Origin: Klebsormidium nitens
Lineage: Eukaryota > Plantae > Klebsormidiophyceae
NCBI GenBank assembly: GCA_000708835.1
Contig: DF237006.1
Location: forward strand, 201,210 to 265,209
Length of the DNA: 64,000 nt
Direction of reading: 5' to 3'
Positions 16,070 to 28,382 of the stretch are shown here, piece by piece; within the stretch, counting starts at the first letter, position 1; each line of letters starts with the position of its first letter. Made by a program: the position numbers and the translations under genes. The notes beneath the pieces are model-generated. The model ran no database searches and was not told the DNA's origin. It was given only the letters and a program-made list of their open reading frames with translations.

Positions 16070-19000
16070 TTACCCAACCCACGTTCGGCACTCCGCCGTC
16101 AATCTGAGCGATATCCGCAAGAGCGACCTCATGAGGTCGTCCGCGGAGGGCCGCCACGCGGGGTGGGGTCCCAGCAGGCCTCCACCAGGTTCACCAGGTC
16201 CCCCCCGATAAGGTACACCTCGGGGGGCCAGTCCAGGCGGCCGCCCGAAGCGTAGTGGTTATACATGTCCTGAAGAGGGATTAGAGCCTTGTTCAGAAAA
16301 CTTGCTCCGAAGAGTCTGACGTAGGGGATTCGTAGACGGTCCGTGTAGGACTTCCACGACCAAAAGGAATGGCTTCCTGAAGTCAGAAACCCATCAATTG
16401 ACTTTACGGATCCAAGTGAGTCGCACAAAGAAACAAAATGTGTGCGGACAATTACAGAGGTTTTGCACTAGGTGAAGCAAAAAAAAAGGACGATAGGTGC
16501 TCTTTCCAACTCTTCCGTCGATCGAGCACCAAAAGACAACCGTCCGTTGCAACACAGCCCAAATATTTTCAGGGGCCTGGCCGACTACCGTCTACGTCAA
16601 TGCACGGATTACCAAAAGTTTACTTCAGGATCATGTCGTCCCGAGGAGTCGAGGAAAACCACCGGCAATTCTCGAATTTGGAAGAACGTGCGCTCACCCG
16701 GGTGTGGGAGAAGTCAGCCCAGGGGCGCTCCCCGGTGATGAGCCCGTGAATGACGACCCCGGTTGCGTAAACGTCCGACGCGAAGGTGTGCCGCCGCTGC
16801 CGTTACACCTCCGCGGGGATGAAGCCCCGGGTGCCGCACTGAAAAATGGATTAAGACAGGGTTAGTGGTGGTTTGCAGGTTAGCAAGCAGTGGTTTTAGA
16901 TGCGGGTCAGAGATGGTTGGGGATAGAAAGAGCATCCGGACGAGGTGGTTAGCGTTGCTTTTGAAATGAATCAGCAAGGGCTTCAACTGCTGGAAAAGGA
17001 AAACATGCCGTGCTCGAAACGAAAATAACAAGAAAAAGAGTTGAGCAAAGACTGGGCAACCAGATATCTAAAATCTCAGCAGATTCAACCACAACCACAA
17101 GAGGGTGATTCTTTTCGGAAGGGTGTTTTCCAATACTCAGGTTCCACATTTCTGCCGAAGTTTCGGTCAATTCAGAAGTATCTTGCAACAAAACAAAGAT
17201 AAAGAGAGGCATAAAACCTTACCGCCCCAGTCTGCGGCTCGTCAATGCGCCACGCCATGCCCAGGTCGATCAAGGTAGCGACCCCCTTCGCCACCCGGAT
17301 ATTCTCATGCTTCAGGTCCCTGCAAACCGAAAACGAGCTGTAAGAAGGCAAACCAAGAAAGTTCTCGGATCTTTCTGGAAAGTCGAAGCAAATGCAGCAA
17401 GCCGTCAGACCTCCGACATGCTCGACCGTGCGCATTCAAAGCAGGATTGAAAGCGCAACGAGCAGCGTCATTGGGGCCACTTTACCTCTCCCGACAAAAC
17501 AAACGCTGTCAGTTTCCAAACTTCCCACATTTAATTCCGTTCACCTTCAGATCTGACAAGCATATGCAGAAAACCATCAACGTCGAGCCATGTCAATTCT
17601 CATTCTTCAAGCCTTGTCGATTCTGCTTCTTCTACGAAAAAGCTCACCTGTGGACCACTCCCTCCCGGTGCATCGCGGCTACCCCGGTCGCCACCTGGTA
17701 CGAGTATGTCGTCACTCGAAGCAGCTCGGGGGGGGTGTACTGCACGGGGCCTCCAGCCTCCGCCCAGAGGGGGGGCGCCTCCGCCAGCGGGAAGACCAGG
17801 CCGAACTTCCCGTCGAGGAAAGTGTACCCGAGGACCTCGATAACGTTGGGGCAGCCTTGGCAGGCCATCAGGTTGTCGGCCTGCGGAGAAGGATGCGAAA
17901 ATGTGTTAGATGTTCTTCACATCTGTTTGTTCTTCTTCCTTTGCCGGGGGGGGGGGACTAGATGCGCTGCAGCCGTTTGATGGTGGAGGCCTTCCAAGAA
18001 CGAGAACAGGCGAAATGCTCGGCCAATCGCCGCAGCGTTCGAACAAACTCGACATCAGCTTGGCACTTACTACAACTATCTAGTATTACAGAGATAGCTT
18101 CTCATGATGGATTTAGATAATGGTCGAAGTCAGGAAGATGAAGACATTCATCTGTACAGGCGAACATGCCATCTGCCAAAAGATTTAAAAATGAAATATC
18201 TGGCGTCGCTTCTGGGGGAAAGGTACGGATTTCTGAAGGGCTCACCTCCTCGAACAGCTCCCTCGTGGTGTCCCTCCCCGGGAGAGGCCGGCGAACTTGG
18301 CGGCGGCCATGAAGCACTCGCCGTCGTCGTCGAAGCACATGGCCGACCAAACCTCCCCTTGACCCCCCTGCAAACGCGGGCAGACGAACAGCATGTGAGT
18401 TCCTTGATAAGTGTTCCATGCAACGGGAATCTTGAGAGACCAAACTCACGGTTGAAATCATAAATGACCAGGGAATCCATTTGGCTGTACTGTATAATCG
18501 AGAGACGTTCAAAAACGGGGATTTGCGGGCTTTTTACACATTCGCCGAGGTGATGAGAAACGGCTCATGAGCGTTCGCAATCCACAGAGACTTGAATCGA
18601 GCACCATCGAACGAACTCTGCTTCATTTAAAGGCCGTTTCATACAGTTATGGAAATGTAGTCTGAAAAATGTGAGATTAGCTGCTCACCTCCCCCAGGCA
18701 GTGCACCAGCGTAATGTTGCCGATGTACTTGAGCGTCCCCGCGGCCTGGACGGCTGCTGGGGAAGCAACCTGTCTGGCGCTGGCGGCAGAGATTGCCGCG
18801 GGGGTAGTGGCGGCCGATGTGCTTGGCTCCCCCTGCGAACAGGCACGAGAGAGGTCAGGCAGAGCCAAACACAGCATTGGTTGGCAACCATCTCTACAGT
18901 GTTTTCTCTCATTCTCAAGCATTTGTTGCGGGATGCAAGTGCCTAGAATGGTCAATCGTTGGGCTCTTCCTCATTTCGAACAAACATAACGTGCTCCAAA

Positions 19001-20577
19001 CTTCCTACAAAAAACAAGAAAAGGAATGGCCTTGGAACAACAATGACGTCATCAAAGCGGACAATTTCTCACCTGCATCCAGTCGCGCAGCAGCGCCGTG
19101 CCGGGCCCCCTGAACCACTCTGACCCAATCTCCTGCCCCCCCAAAGTCACCACGCTCCTGCTCTCCTCCAGTGCCATCAGCATAGAGCTGCGGTGTGCTC
19201 TGAACCCAGCTGACCGGGACTCCACATCAGCAAGGGGCACCGTGCTGACCTCTGTCCAAACATGCACTACTGAGTCCTGCGCTACGAGGTCCTGAGCTAC
19301 GGGGACGGGCGGAACGACTGTGGGAGAGGAGCGCGGCGACCTAAGCTGACTAGCAGAGGAGGCGGGGCTAAAGTCGAAATCAGGATCTGAGGAGATCCCT
19401 CCGAACCCTGACGGGATCTGAGCGGGCGCAAACGCGTCCCCGCTGAAGATCGCCGCGTCCTCCGCTGTGGACACCTCGAAGGGCGCCTCCCCTGCCCTGT
19501 CGCTGTCCCCCTGGCTCTCATCGTGTGTGAGCTCGGGGCCGAAGGAAACCAGGGGGGCAGCGGATGGGGAGTCAGCGACCCCTGCGAGAGCCGAGGGTGC
19601 CGCCTGCACGAAGGATGGACAGAGCAAGTTCATTGTCTGAATTCTGCAAGGCTGTCGATTTGTCAAGGAGGTTTCGTTCAGATTCAGTACCTATGTGACT
19701 TTCTTCAGATCGTTGAAATGTTTTGTTCAGGTTCATCTGCGGGTGCTTCAGAAGAGCGCTGAATCATTTGTACGATCTGGTAAATCTAGAAGCTTCACTG
19801 TTCACGTCATTGTTGACAATCCTCAATCAATTCAAGAGGCATTAGAACTCAGGAGCTAAGACTGAGACCTGAAGAAAGTCAGAAGTTGCTGGACCAATCA
19901 TGCAACAAATCATGCAACAATAAACAATCACAATAAGATATTTGTCTCTTGAAATCACAAAAATGTTGAACAAAGCTCACCCCACCCTGATCTGCAACCT
20001 GTTGAGAAGGAACAGGCCATAACCCCCACATTCTGAACAGAACATCATCCTGAAACAGGTTCTGAAGTCTGCAACATTCACCACTCACCTGCTGGTCGGC
20101 ATCCTCCTCAAAAAGTGCTCTGCCGCTCTCCTCCGGGCCCTCCTCCTGGGCCCGTCCCAGCTCCTCCTCCCTCTCCTCTCCCTCTCCCAAGGAATCCTCT
20201 ACCCCCTCCTCCCGCTGAACAAACACCTCTCCCTCCTCCCCCCCAACAAACACCTCTCCCTCCTCCCCCCCAACAAACACTGCCCCCTCCTCTCCCCCAA
20301 CAAATACCACCCCCTCCTCCTCATCCCTCTCCTCTCCCCCCTCCAGAGACACCACCACTCCCTCCTCCCCACCGACAACCACAGCCCCCTCCTCCTCCCC
20401 GAGGAGACCCTCCAGCGCCCCCATCAGCACCCCCCGCCCCATCTCAAACAGCAGCTCATCAAATGTGAGCTTCCTCCAGCTGCTGCAGAGGGGGTCCAGC
20501 CCTCCAGAAACGGCGCCCTGCGCCACATCAAACGCGGTGAGGCACGCGGCCTCCAAGAATCGAAAGACGCCCGCCAT
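16070..20577 (-). pseudogene. Protein kinase paralog 1 (acidic N-terminus family), disrupted
   Basis: Eight exons: 20089-20577, 19073-19603, 18689-18832, about 18246-18368 (GGQGEV...AAAK...E), about 17648-17881 (..VVHR), about 17224-17320 (DLKHEN...DLG), 16698-16838 and about 16070-16270. In-frame TAA at 16803-16805 where the paralogs have TAC (Tyr). A -1 frameshift in the C-run near 16160 breaks the last exon. Confidence 0.85.
20218..20325 (-). repeat. 27-nt coding minisatellite (about 4 units) encoding VFVGGEEG(E/A) in the kinase 1 acidic tract
   Basis: AACAAACAC/AACAAATAC units start at 20218, 20245, 20272 and 20299 (period 27). Confidence 0.8.
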
Positions 20578-22130
20578 GGCTGCTAGCCACCGGCTGGCCG
20601 CGCGCTGGCATACACAGATAGCGCAACGCAGGGGAGCAAAAATCGCTAGATAGCACAAACGCAATGGGCGCAAAAGGCGCTGAGAGCTGGTATCCCCTGC
20701 AACGCTGCAAGAGAATGAGGGATTTGGCTGCAGATTGCACGAAAGCAATGCTCAGGCTGTGCAATGCATGAGCTAGCCGAGTCAGCTCAGCGCGGCTGCT
20801 AGCTTAGGGCCGGGCGCGCCCGCGGCCGGGCTGGGTATTAAACCTTAGGGTTATTACTAACTGGAAGCTTGAGCGGGCAACTGTGGCTGGTTAGGACTCA
20901 GGTTACGTACCGCGCGCGGGTGCCAGCCGCCGCGCCGGTAGGGCGGCCGCGCTACTAAGGAAAGCGGCCGCCGAGGAGGGGGCGCGCCGCAGGCGCCGCG
21001 GCTGCTCCTCGGCTGCTCCCTGCGTCATGGTCGGAACAGAACTTTGTGAGAAGCTTTTGAACAGAAGACTCGTCGACTCGCACCACCGTCGCTCTAAATG
21101 ACATCAGAAGAGAGATAATTACGCTGTAGCGCACCTGGAGGAGTCACATTGTTTTCGACTGCGTTAGCTCAGATTGATTCAAAGCGCTGAAGCGCATCGT
21201 GTACTCTGATACTCAACACAACACTCCGGATCCATTCAAAGTCTTGACTTCGTACGACCTCAGTGGCGAGATGCGTATCTGGGCGCTAAGTGACTTGATT
21301 GTCATAAATCATCTATTCTTCGTGCGCATTAAGTTCTTTGACGACGACTTTCAACTCCGATTTGCCGATTGTGCAACCAGGAGCCCGCTCGTTGCTTATT
21401 CAATTTGATCTGTCATGCGCGAAATGGACGCATCCATGTCCACTTTCCCGGCCTCTGCGAGCGGCGGCGCTGCAATCCGCCCTTAGTTACCGTTGCAACT
21501 AGCGCCATAGCTACAATATCGACGGTCAGTCCGTTTGACAGATCTAAGTTCGGACAACTGAAGGGCGCTCCGACCTCAAAGACCCATGAAAAGGGGCGAG
21601 GCGCGAGCTATAACATCCGTGATCTTCAGTGAAGCAATCCAGTATAGAGTAAGTGAAGAAGCCGTAGCCCCTAGCTCCATATGCGCGCACATGCACCAAA
21701 AAGAAGTGCATGAAGGAAGCTCTTGCACCTTGCGCTGCCGGTTCATGCGGAGCTCATTCGATACCGAAGTGCAATTGCTTGTGAGAGCTCGTTCAATGTA
21801 AGTATCCAAGCAATCACAAGCTCGGGATGCCAACTCTTTGGCGGCCAGATATGTCTTTCATGATCATTTCGTCCAGGCTAATCTGAGAACCATATCGGTC
21901 TCTAGCACTGAATGCCTCTGAAGGCTCTTCACAACACTGGACCGCTACTAACATAAGGGACTCACATCGTTTGAACTTCGTAATAGCCCGCGGACAATCT
22001 CGCACCGTTTCAGCCGATCAGATCGTGTTTAAGAATGTAGACCATCGATCTGACCGTTTGATGCTACCTTAGGCCCTGTGCTTGCATCGTGAACGATGCG
22101 CCGTAAAGCAACTCAAAGTAAAGCTGGGTG

Positions 22131-24399
22131 CTACACTGTTGTTACTTGGCTGGTCAATTGGGCCTTCAGCCACGACTTCAGGTCAGCTATCTCCTGCGGG
22201 CATGAGCTGTGCGCCATCCGGGGGTACGTCTGCAGATACGATCCGAAACAAAGTTACACCAATCGTCCTCGATCGAACGCTATGAAGGTGTCAAACAAAG
22301 CGCTAAACGACACGCACGGCAAACAAAATCACCAGATTTCCTGTGTGACTGTGGTCATCAATATCGAAACATGACACTCTTGGGCAGTAACGCTTGATCG
22401 ACATCAGATATAAAAACCAGCACCGCCTGTTTTGTGACATCAGCTTTCAGAGAAGGTGCAAGTAGCGAGCAATTAAATCGAGCCCAGTATCAGATTATTC
22501 ATAAGCCCCTACAAGAACAGAAAATCTGAACAGGGCTGGACCAGAACATGAATGTGTCTTACAGGGAGGAACTTAGCGAGGCACTCAGGTCGGGGTCGCG
22601 ATGACAAGGAGACTCGATGAGACTGGCTCGACAGTGAGGCGTGGAAAACCGCACTCCGGCATTCAGCACGCACTAAATCAGGCGACTTCACCTTCAGTTC
22701 GCAGGAAACCCCTGCAGCCTGTAACCGCGGGCACCCAACCCGCGCGTTGGCATACTCCACAACGTTGTCTGCATCTCCATGACACCACAAAATGGGCGTC
22801 TTCTTCCCGCCTTCCGTTATTTGCAATTCTTGAGAAGGGATCCAGCCGCTGAACACCACAGCTCCCCCTAAGGTTTCGGGGTACAGGAGGGAGCTGGCCA
22901 GTGCCAGCGCACCTGCGGGAGGCAAACTCCGGGTCGCATTTCCAAATCAAGGGCTCAAGACTTGAGGATTTGGAATTTACAATGTGTTGTTTGGTCAGGT
23001 CCTTTTCAAGTTGTCCCTGTCACAACAAGCGGATGGCGGCATGCGGTGATCGACAACAGATCGCAAGAAGTGTTTGCGATGGTAGAGTGTCTCTTAGTGA
23101 CGATCGTGTGGAAGAAGACCTTCCTGCGTTAGACAGGAGCCGAAACACAAGAAGACTTCGTATCTGCTCCTTTTCTCACAGGGCTTTTCAGGCAAGGAGC
23201 TTAAGGGTTACGTCAGCCAAGGCATCATAAGCGGGCCCTCACCTCCTTGGCTGAACCCTCCCAGGAAGATCGAAGAGGCGGGGACTCCAGAGGCCTTGTA
23301 CTTGTCCACCTTTGCATGTACTCGGTGGATTGCCGCTAGCAATTCCTTGTCACTGGTATGAGGGGACGCCTGCAATCCCAAGGGACTTTCCTTCGAAGTA
23401 GACTTGAGCCCCAGACCTGGAGCTTACATCACTACCATTGATCAACCCCAGCACTCGCGTTATTTTGGAACCAGTTTTCTGGCTCTGCCGTTGGGAGCTA
23501 AACAAGGATGCAGACCTCATCACCACCGACCTTTACTTTCTTTCAAAAGGAAAACCAGTAAGAGTGCGTTTGTTCGAACAACGTGATACGGATGGAAGAG
23601 AGCTTTGATACATCTAAAGTGGACAAGATGCTGGAGCCCGAGGCTTAAAACACAAAACCTGAAGTCTTGATTTTCTGCTCACCGGAGTAATCGGGATCTC
23701 GAGCAGATCAAACCAGGAGGGCATCCGATAGCCACCTGAATAGCGTAGGCGCATGGAGTCAGCCGGCGCGTGAAAGATGACCTGAAAGTATGACAGCGCT
23801 TGGGCTGATGCATTCTTAAATTGCTCTGTACGGCATTGCATTTGGGGAGTAGTCAAAGCTGGAGCCGTTTCTATACTTGGTGTGCTCATGGTGGGGAAAA
23901 GTTTGTGATAGGTTTTCACTGGTGATCACTCACCGTTGCAGCTGACAGGGGCAATTGGCGCATTTGGAAACTCCCACTTGAGATTCCTGAACTCTGGGTC
24001 TTTGAAGTCCCACGTTATCCCCTCCCATGAATCCCCGCTGTCTCCAAGCCCATGCATAAAGATGAACACTGCCTGAACAGCTGTCGCAGCTCCACTTGAC
24101 GAGGAAGCCATTGCACGAACACCAGAACCGAGAAGACTTCTTTTGGACACTCCCGTTTGAGATAGACTGCCCTTCTTATGGTGCGTTTCGGGTTTGTATG
24201 CAAAGAAGTGTCCGAACACCGCCTTTTGGGCTGACTTCTTCAAAGCTTCATGTGGGTGCAGGATAGACCTGTGCAGGTTTTCAATAACGTGCGGGATGCC
24301 CCCAAGATAAGTGCTTCTGCACACCGGCCGCTGAGAATGCTGGAAGAGTGGGTGTTGCACCTTTCTTGCAAGTGTCTGCAGGTGCAAAGAGCAAGCCAT
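22131..24399 (-). CDS. Acyl-protein thioesterase / phospholipase-carboxylesterase (alpha/beta hydrolase) with putative N-terminal organellar presequence
   Basis: Exons 23934-24399 (..FMHGLGDSG..WEFPNAP), 23683-23735 (GYRMPSWFD), 23243-23369 (FLGGFSQG, catalytic Ser), 22692-22912 (LWCHGDAD, Asp) and 22131-22229 (TYPRMAHS, His). All phases are compatible. Confidence 0.92.
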
Positions 24400-24781
24400 T
24401 CACAGGCCCTAACGCCAATGGCTCTGAAGCTGCCAGTGGCCGCCACTCCCTTTCTGTATAGGAGAGGAAGCAGCAGTGCATGCGCCCAATTACCACTGCC
24501 AGTAGCTGCACTAGCATACCTAGCCATACCTAGCCAACATCGTAAGACTGGGGGTCTGCTTGGGTGGAGATCGTCTGTGAACGGTGTAGATAGGGGCCTT
24601 GATCCGCATCGGACGGTTGACGAGACTGCGAGGGGGCCAATGCACCTGTCCTTCGAGCACACTTCTAATCTAGAAGAGGTCCTGCTGCAGAACTGAGCAC
24701 TGCAGCTGCGTATGTCACATCGCTCACAAGCGGGCACAGATTGTTGGGCGCATTGAGACTTGAACCCAGCTAGTTTCTGCC

Positions 24782-27514
24782 ATGGCGGCCATCACATTAG
24801 CCGTGCCCTGCTCTTCCTGCCTTGCTGCTTCTAGTCTTGCTTCCCTGAACTCAGTCAGCTCTGCCAAACACCTTGTGCCTGTGCCAAGATTTCAGTACAA
24901 TGCAGGCAGGTCCAGCAGAAGTGTTCGGTGCCAGGCTAGAGGTTCTCAGTTGAACCCCAGCGAAATGCACAGTTTGACAAGGAGAGAAGCGCTTGGGGCT
25001 GCAGCGGCTGTTCTTGGACTCTCGCAATTGGCGGGCCCCGTTGGTGCGGCAGAGGAGTTCAACACATTCTATGGCAAAGCTGGTGAGACCAGGCCTCGTT
25101 GAGTCAGCAAGGGCAGCGCTTGCCAATTGCAGGCGTAAAGCTACCATTTCTGATTGATAAATGAAGTCAGACTTGTGCAGCATTGTATTCATTTTTCTGA
25201 ATGGTCTCTTGGCAAGTATACTTGACATTTTCATGTCAGGACCAGATACGTCGCTTCAGCTTGGTGCCACCAGCAGAGACACCAGGTGGCACGTGTATCA
25301 TCAATGCCTTTGACTTTGAATAGAGCAGTGGCCTCTCCTTTGCTTCAACCATCCAATCTTCTTCATCCAAAATAGTGTCAAGCATAGGGCGCAAGCGCTC
25401 TCTAGCCTGCGCTTGAATGAGGTCTGCATGAGTACAAGGAGTTCTTGAACAGGAAACTGTTTCTTGACCGTAATTAAGTACGAAAGAAACATCAGCTGGG
25501 ACCACACCAAATCGAACAAGGGTGATGTGTGGAGGACAAGGACATTTAAAATCTACACCCAGGTATTGCCATGACAAAGAAACTGGCACTTAGACACGAG
25601 CTCAGGTGCTGTCCCAGCGCAGATAGTGCCCTCTGAATGAAAGCTGGCCTGTCTGGACTGCAATCCTTCTCAGTTGGATCTGTAGTTTTTGAGATTGCAA
25701 CACAGCCAGCAATCTGAATTGGCGATTACGAAGGGCCTGGAAACCTTTTTGTAGACTGGTCGTGCGTAGGGCTGCAGATAGGTCTAATCTACACCAGGTA
25801 GCCAACTTACAAAAAGCTGACGAGTTCTTGTGCTGGGAGGGCCTTTGGTGCCCTTTAGAACCCTTCAGGGCCCTTGAAAAGCACAACATGAATAAAGCCG
25901 CAAGAGTGTCAACCGCTTAACGAGGTCGAATGGGGTCGTCAGAGAGGCTGAGGAAAAGCCCTCAACATCATACTACATGCCACCACTTTCCTCTTACTTG
26001 GATATTCTTTTCTGCAGCAAGCGCATCATCGTACGGAGGCTACGGAGGCAACGCCGGCACCAACACCGAGGCAGAGTACGTGTATGACGTTCCAGCAGGC
26101 TGGAAGGAGCGCGTGATCAGCAAGGTCGAGAAGGGGACCAACGGGACTGACAGTGAATGGTACAACCCAGCAAACAAGAAGGAGAAGATTTATACCACAT
26201 ACCTGGGCGGGTTCCGGAAGCTGGGGCCAAAGGTGGGTTCTTGGACCCCAAGCTTTTTATCGATCAAGGAAGCATGTACTTAGAACGTTAGCATATCGTT
26301 CCGTTTGGCGGAAGTTGGCCAATCCACGAACGCAAGAGGATGCTGTTCAAGGCTTTGACTGTGTGACAGCACTTGGTGTACGTTTGCCAAAGGCTAATGA
26401 CTTGATTTCGTCGTCACCCCTTCAGTGTTGTCCCTTCAGTTGACAAACATGTACGAAGCCGCTCATGCTTTTGCATGGCTCGTTGCCCCAGGAAGTGTCG
26501 AACTTAAAAGGCGATGGAGCTGGAATACTAAATCAGAAGAGGGTCGGAAGGTGGATTCGGCAAACGTTCCGCACTGTCGGCTTCGTGTAATTGGGAACCG
26601 AAATCGTCCCGGTGCTTCGTGCGCCGAGCCGTATCCTAGCTACAGGCGGGCCAACACCCGCCACAGAAGATTCCTCAGTCCCTTTTCATTCCGGTTGTTT
26701 CTCTTTTCGGTCGAGCTTTCTCTTCGGCTCGTTCTAAGGAGGAATTACTCTCGGCTTCACGACATTGACCTTCTGTCTCGCAATGAGGGTCTGCACACAG
26801 TCTGCTGCAGTTTACGCGTTCGTCAAGGCACCATGTATTGCTGACAGACTCAACGCCTGATCCTGCGCAAATTGGACTCCCCTGTTTTGGAAGAGGACTA
26901 GACGAATTTTCGTTGAAGAAGTCTAAGAATTTCATTCTTCGTACCTTCGCAATGACCATTCTCTTTTTGTGCAATGCGAGGTAACTTATCAGAGCCGTCG
27001 ACGTAAAAGTATGATTGCTGAGGCCGATCTGAATACCAAGTGCTCCAGCATTGGATGTTCGCAACAATTTCTGTTCGACATCCGACACCTTAATCACCTC
27101 CATTGCAGGTCCAGTCTACTCAGCCCCACGTTTCTGCCGGTCAGTTTCGTCTGTATTGGCGACCCTTTCTGAAAACTTCTTCAACGCCCTGGGCTGTGTC
27201 TCTAACGCTGAAATTGAAAGGGCTAACGGCGCCTCTTGCAGGAGAACATCATCAACGACCTGGCCCTGTCGGATGTGAAGATCCAGGACGCGTTGGGCTC
27301 TGCGGACAACTTCGACCAGCGGGAGCGGAAAGACGATGCCGGACAGCTGTACTACGACTACGAGATCGACAACCCCGGCTCCGGCCACACGTTGATCACC
27401 GTGACGGTAGCTCGGAACAAGTTGTACGCTGTCTTTGTCATGGCGCCGAACGCGGCTTGGAACAAGGACGAGAAGATGTTGAGGAGGATGTGGTCGTCTT
27501 TCAGGACCATTTGA
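24782..27514 (+). CDS. TL19: Thylakoid lumenal 19 kDa protein (PsbP-like family)
   Basis: Exons 24782-25082 (transit peptide + twin-Arg TRREAL Tat signal), 26018-26232 (ASSYGGYGGN..AEYVYDVPAGWKERVISKVEKGTNGTDSEWYNP) and 27242-27514 (NDLALSDV...LYYDYEID...NKLYAVFV..SFRTI*). Matches my recollection of plant TL19. Confidence 0.88.
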
Positions 27515-28382
27515 TTCGTTTGACTAGAAGTTTTGACGGTGTTGAGGACTTCGTCGAGAAAACGAGTTGACCAATTGGATTCGACTAGCTAAACTGACTT
27601 TTTTTGACCAGACTCGAAGACTCCTTTTTGCAACATTGTGTCGTTATGCGATACTGAACGGTCACTTTTCGATCCGTTTGATTTGCGACTAGGCACGCAA
27701 AAGGGTCTTTGACTCGATCCATAAAATTTTGTATCTGGATGCAACCATCTGATCATCAGAATCATGGTTCTTAGAAGATGCAATCCGATGGAAACAATTA
27801 ATCCTTGAGCAGCCCCGACACTTTTGCACCTGGCATGCAGCAGTGCACATGCGCCTCTTGAGCCTGAGCGATGCAACTGACAGTTCGACGGTCGCCTTTT
27901 GACCATGCAATTCGAGTCTGTGTATGCATTGCATGTGCTTAACATATCAGACACACCGTCTCGACCTGGATCCGCGGATGCATGTCTCACATATGCATGG
28001 TGCGAAGTGAAACCTCCATACGTGAACTCCATGCCGTCATATAGCTCTGTATTGATGCAATCAGCCACGTACTGCATCATGATCGTCTTGTCATTGCATG
28101 TGGCGCGTACATGCACAGCCAAGGACGCCCGAGCACCTCAATTCTGTCACGGATTGAACAAACCTGCGACAAAAAATTCTGACCGGCAAACCATTCGAAG
28201 CAACTCCACCCTGATAGGGACATGCGGAAGAGTGGTCGGAACCACTTTCACTTTGGAGAAGCGATTAGGCAGGACAATCAATTTTGTCCTACCGGCTGCA
28301 ACGAGCACTCGCGCGCCCCCACCTGCAAACCCCTTGGCCAACGTCTCTGCTTTGGCTCCGACTCATCGAGCACCCGCTCTCG

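Noticed and set aside
20970-21013. GC-rich hairpin (GCCGAGGAG...CTCCTCGGC) upstream of kinase 1
   Set aside because: A 9-bp stem in very GC-rich promoter DNA is expected by chance, and no Helitron-type CTAG end was found.
25236-25589. Protein-like antisense ORF in TL19 intron 1. Similar ORFs occur at 30714-31031 and 31649-31927 (TDRD3 introns), 9029-9421 and 9809-10102 (RBP45D introns) and 54701-54925 (helicase intron).
   Set aside because: No recognisable motif. ORFs of 60-130 aa are abundant background in this window. They could be decayed TE fragments, but the sequence alone does not support that.
27800-28110. TGCA/ATGCAT-rich intergenic patches (also about 4180-4400, 14760-15060, 47940-48130, 63780-63860)
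   Set aside because: No alignable shared element beyond short palindromic words, so they cannot be called a repeat family by eye.
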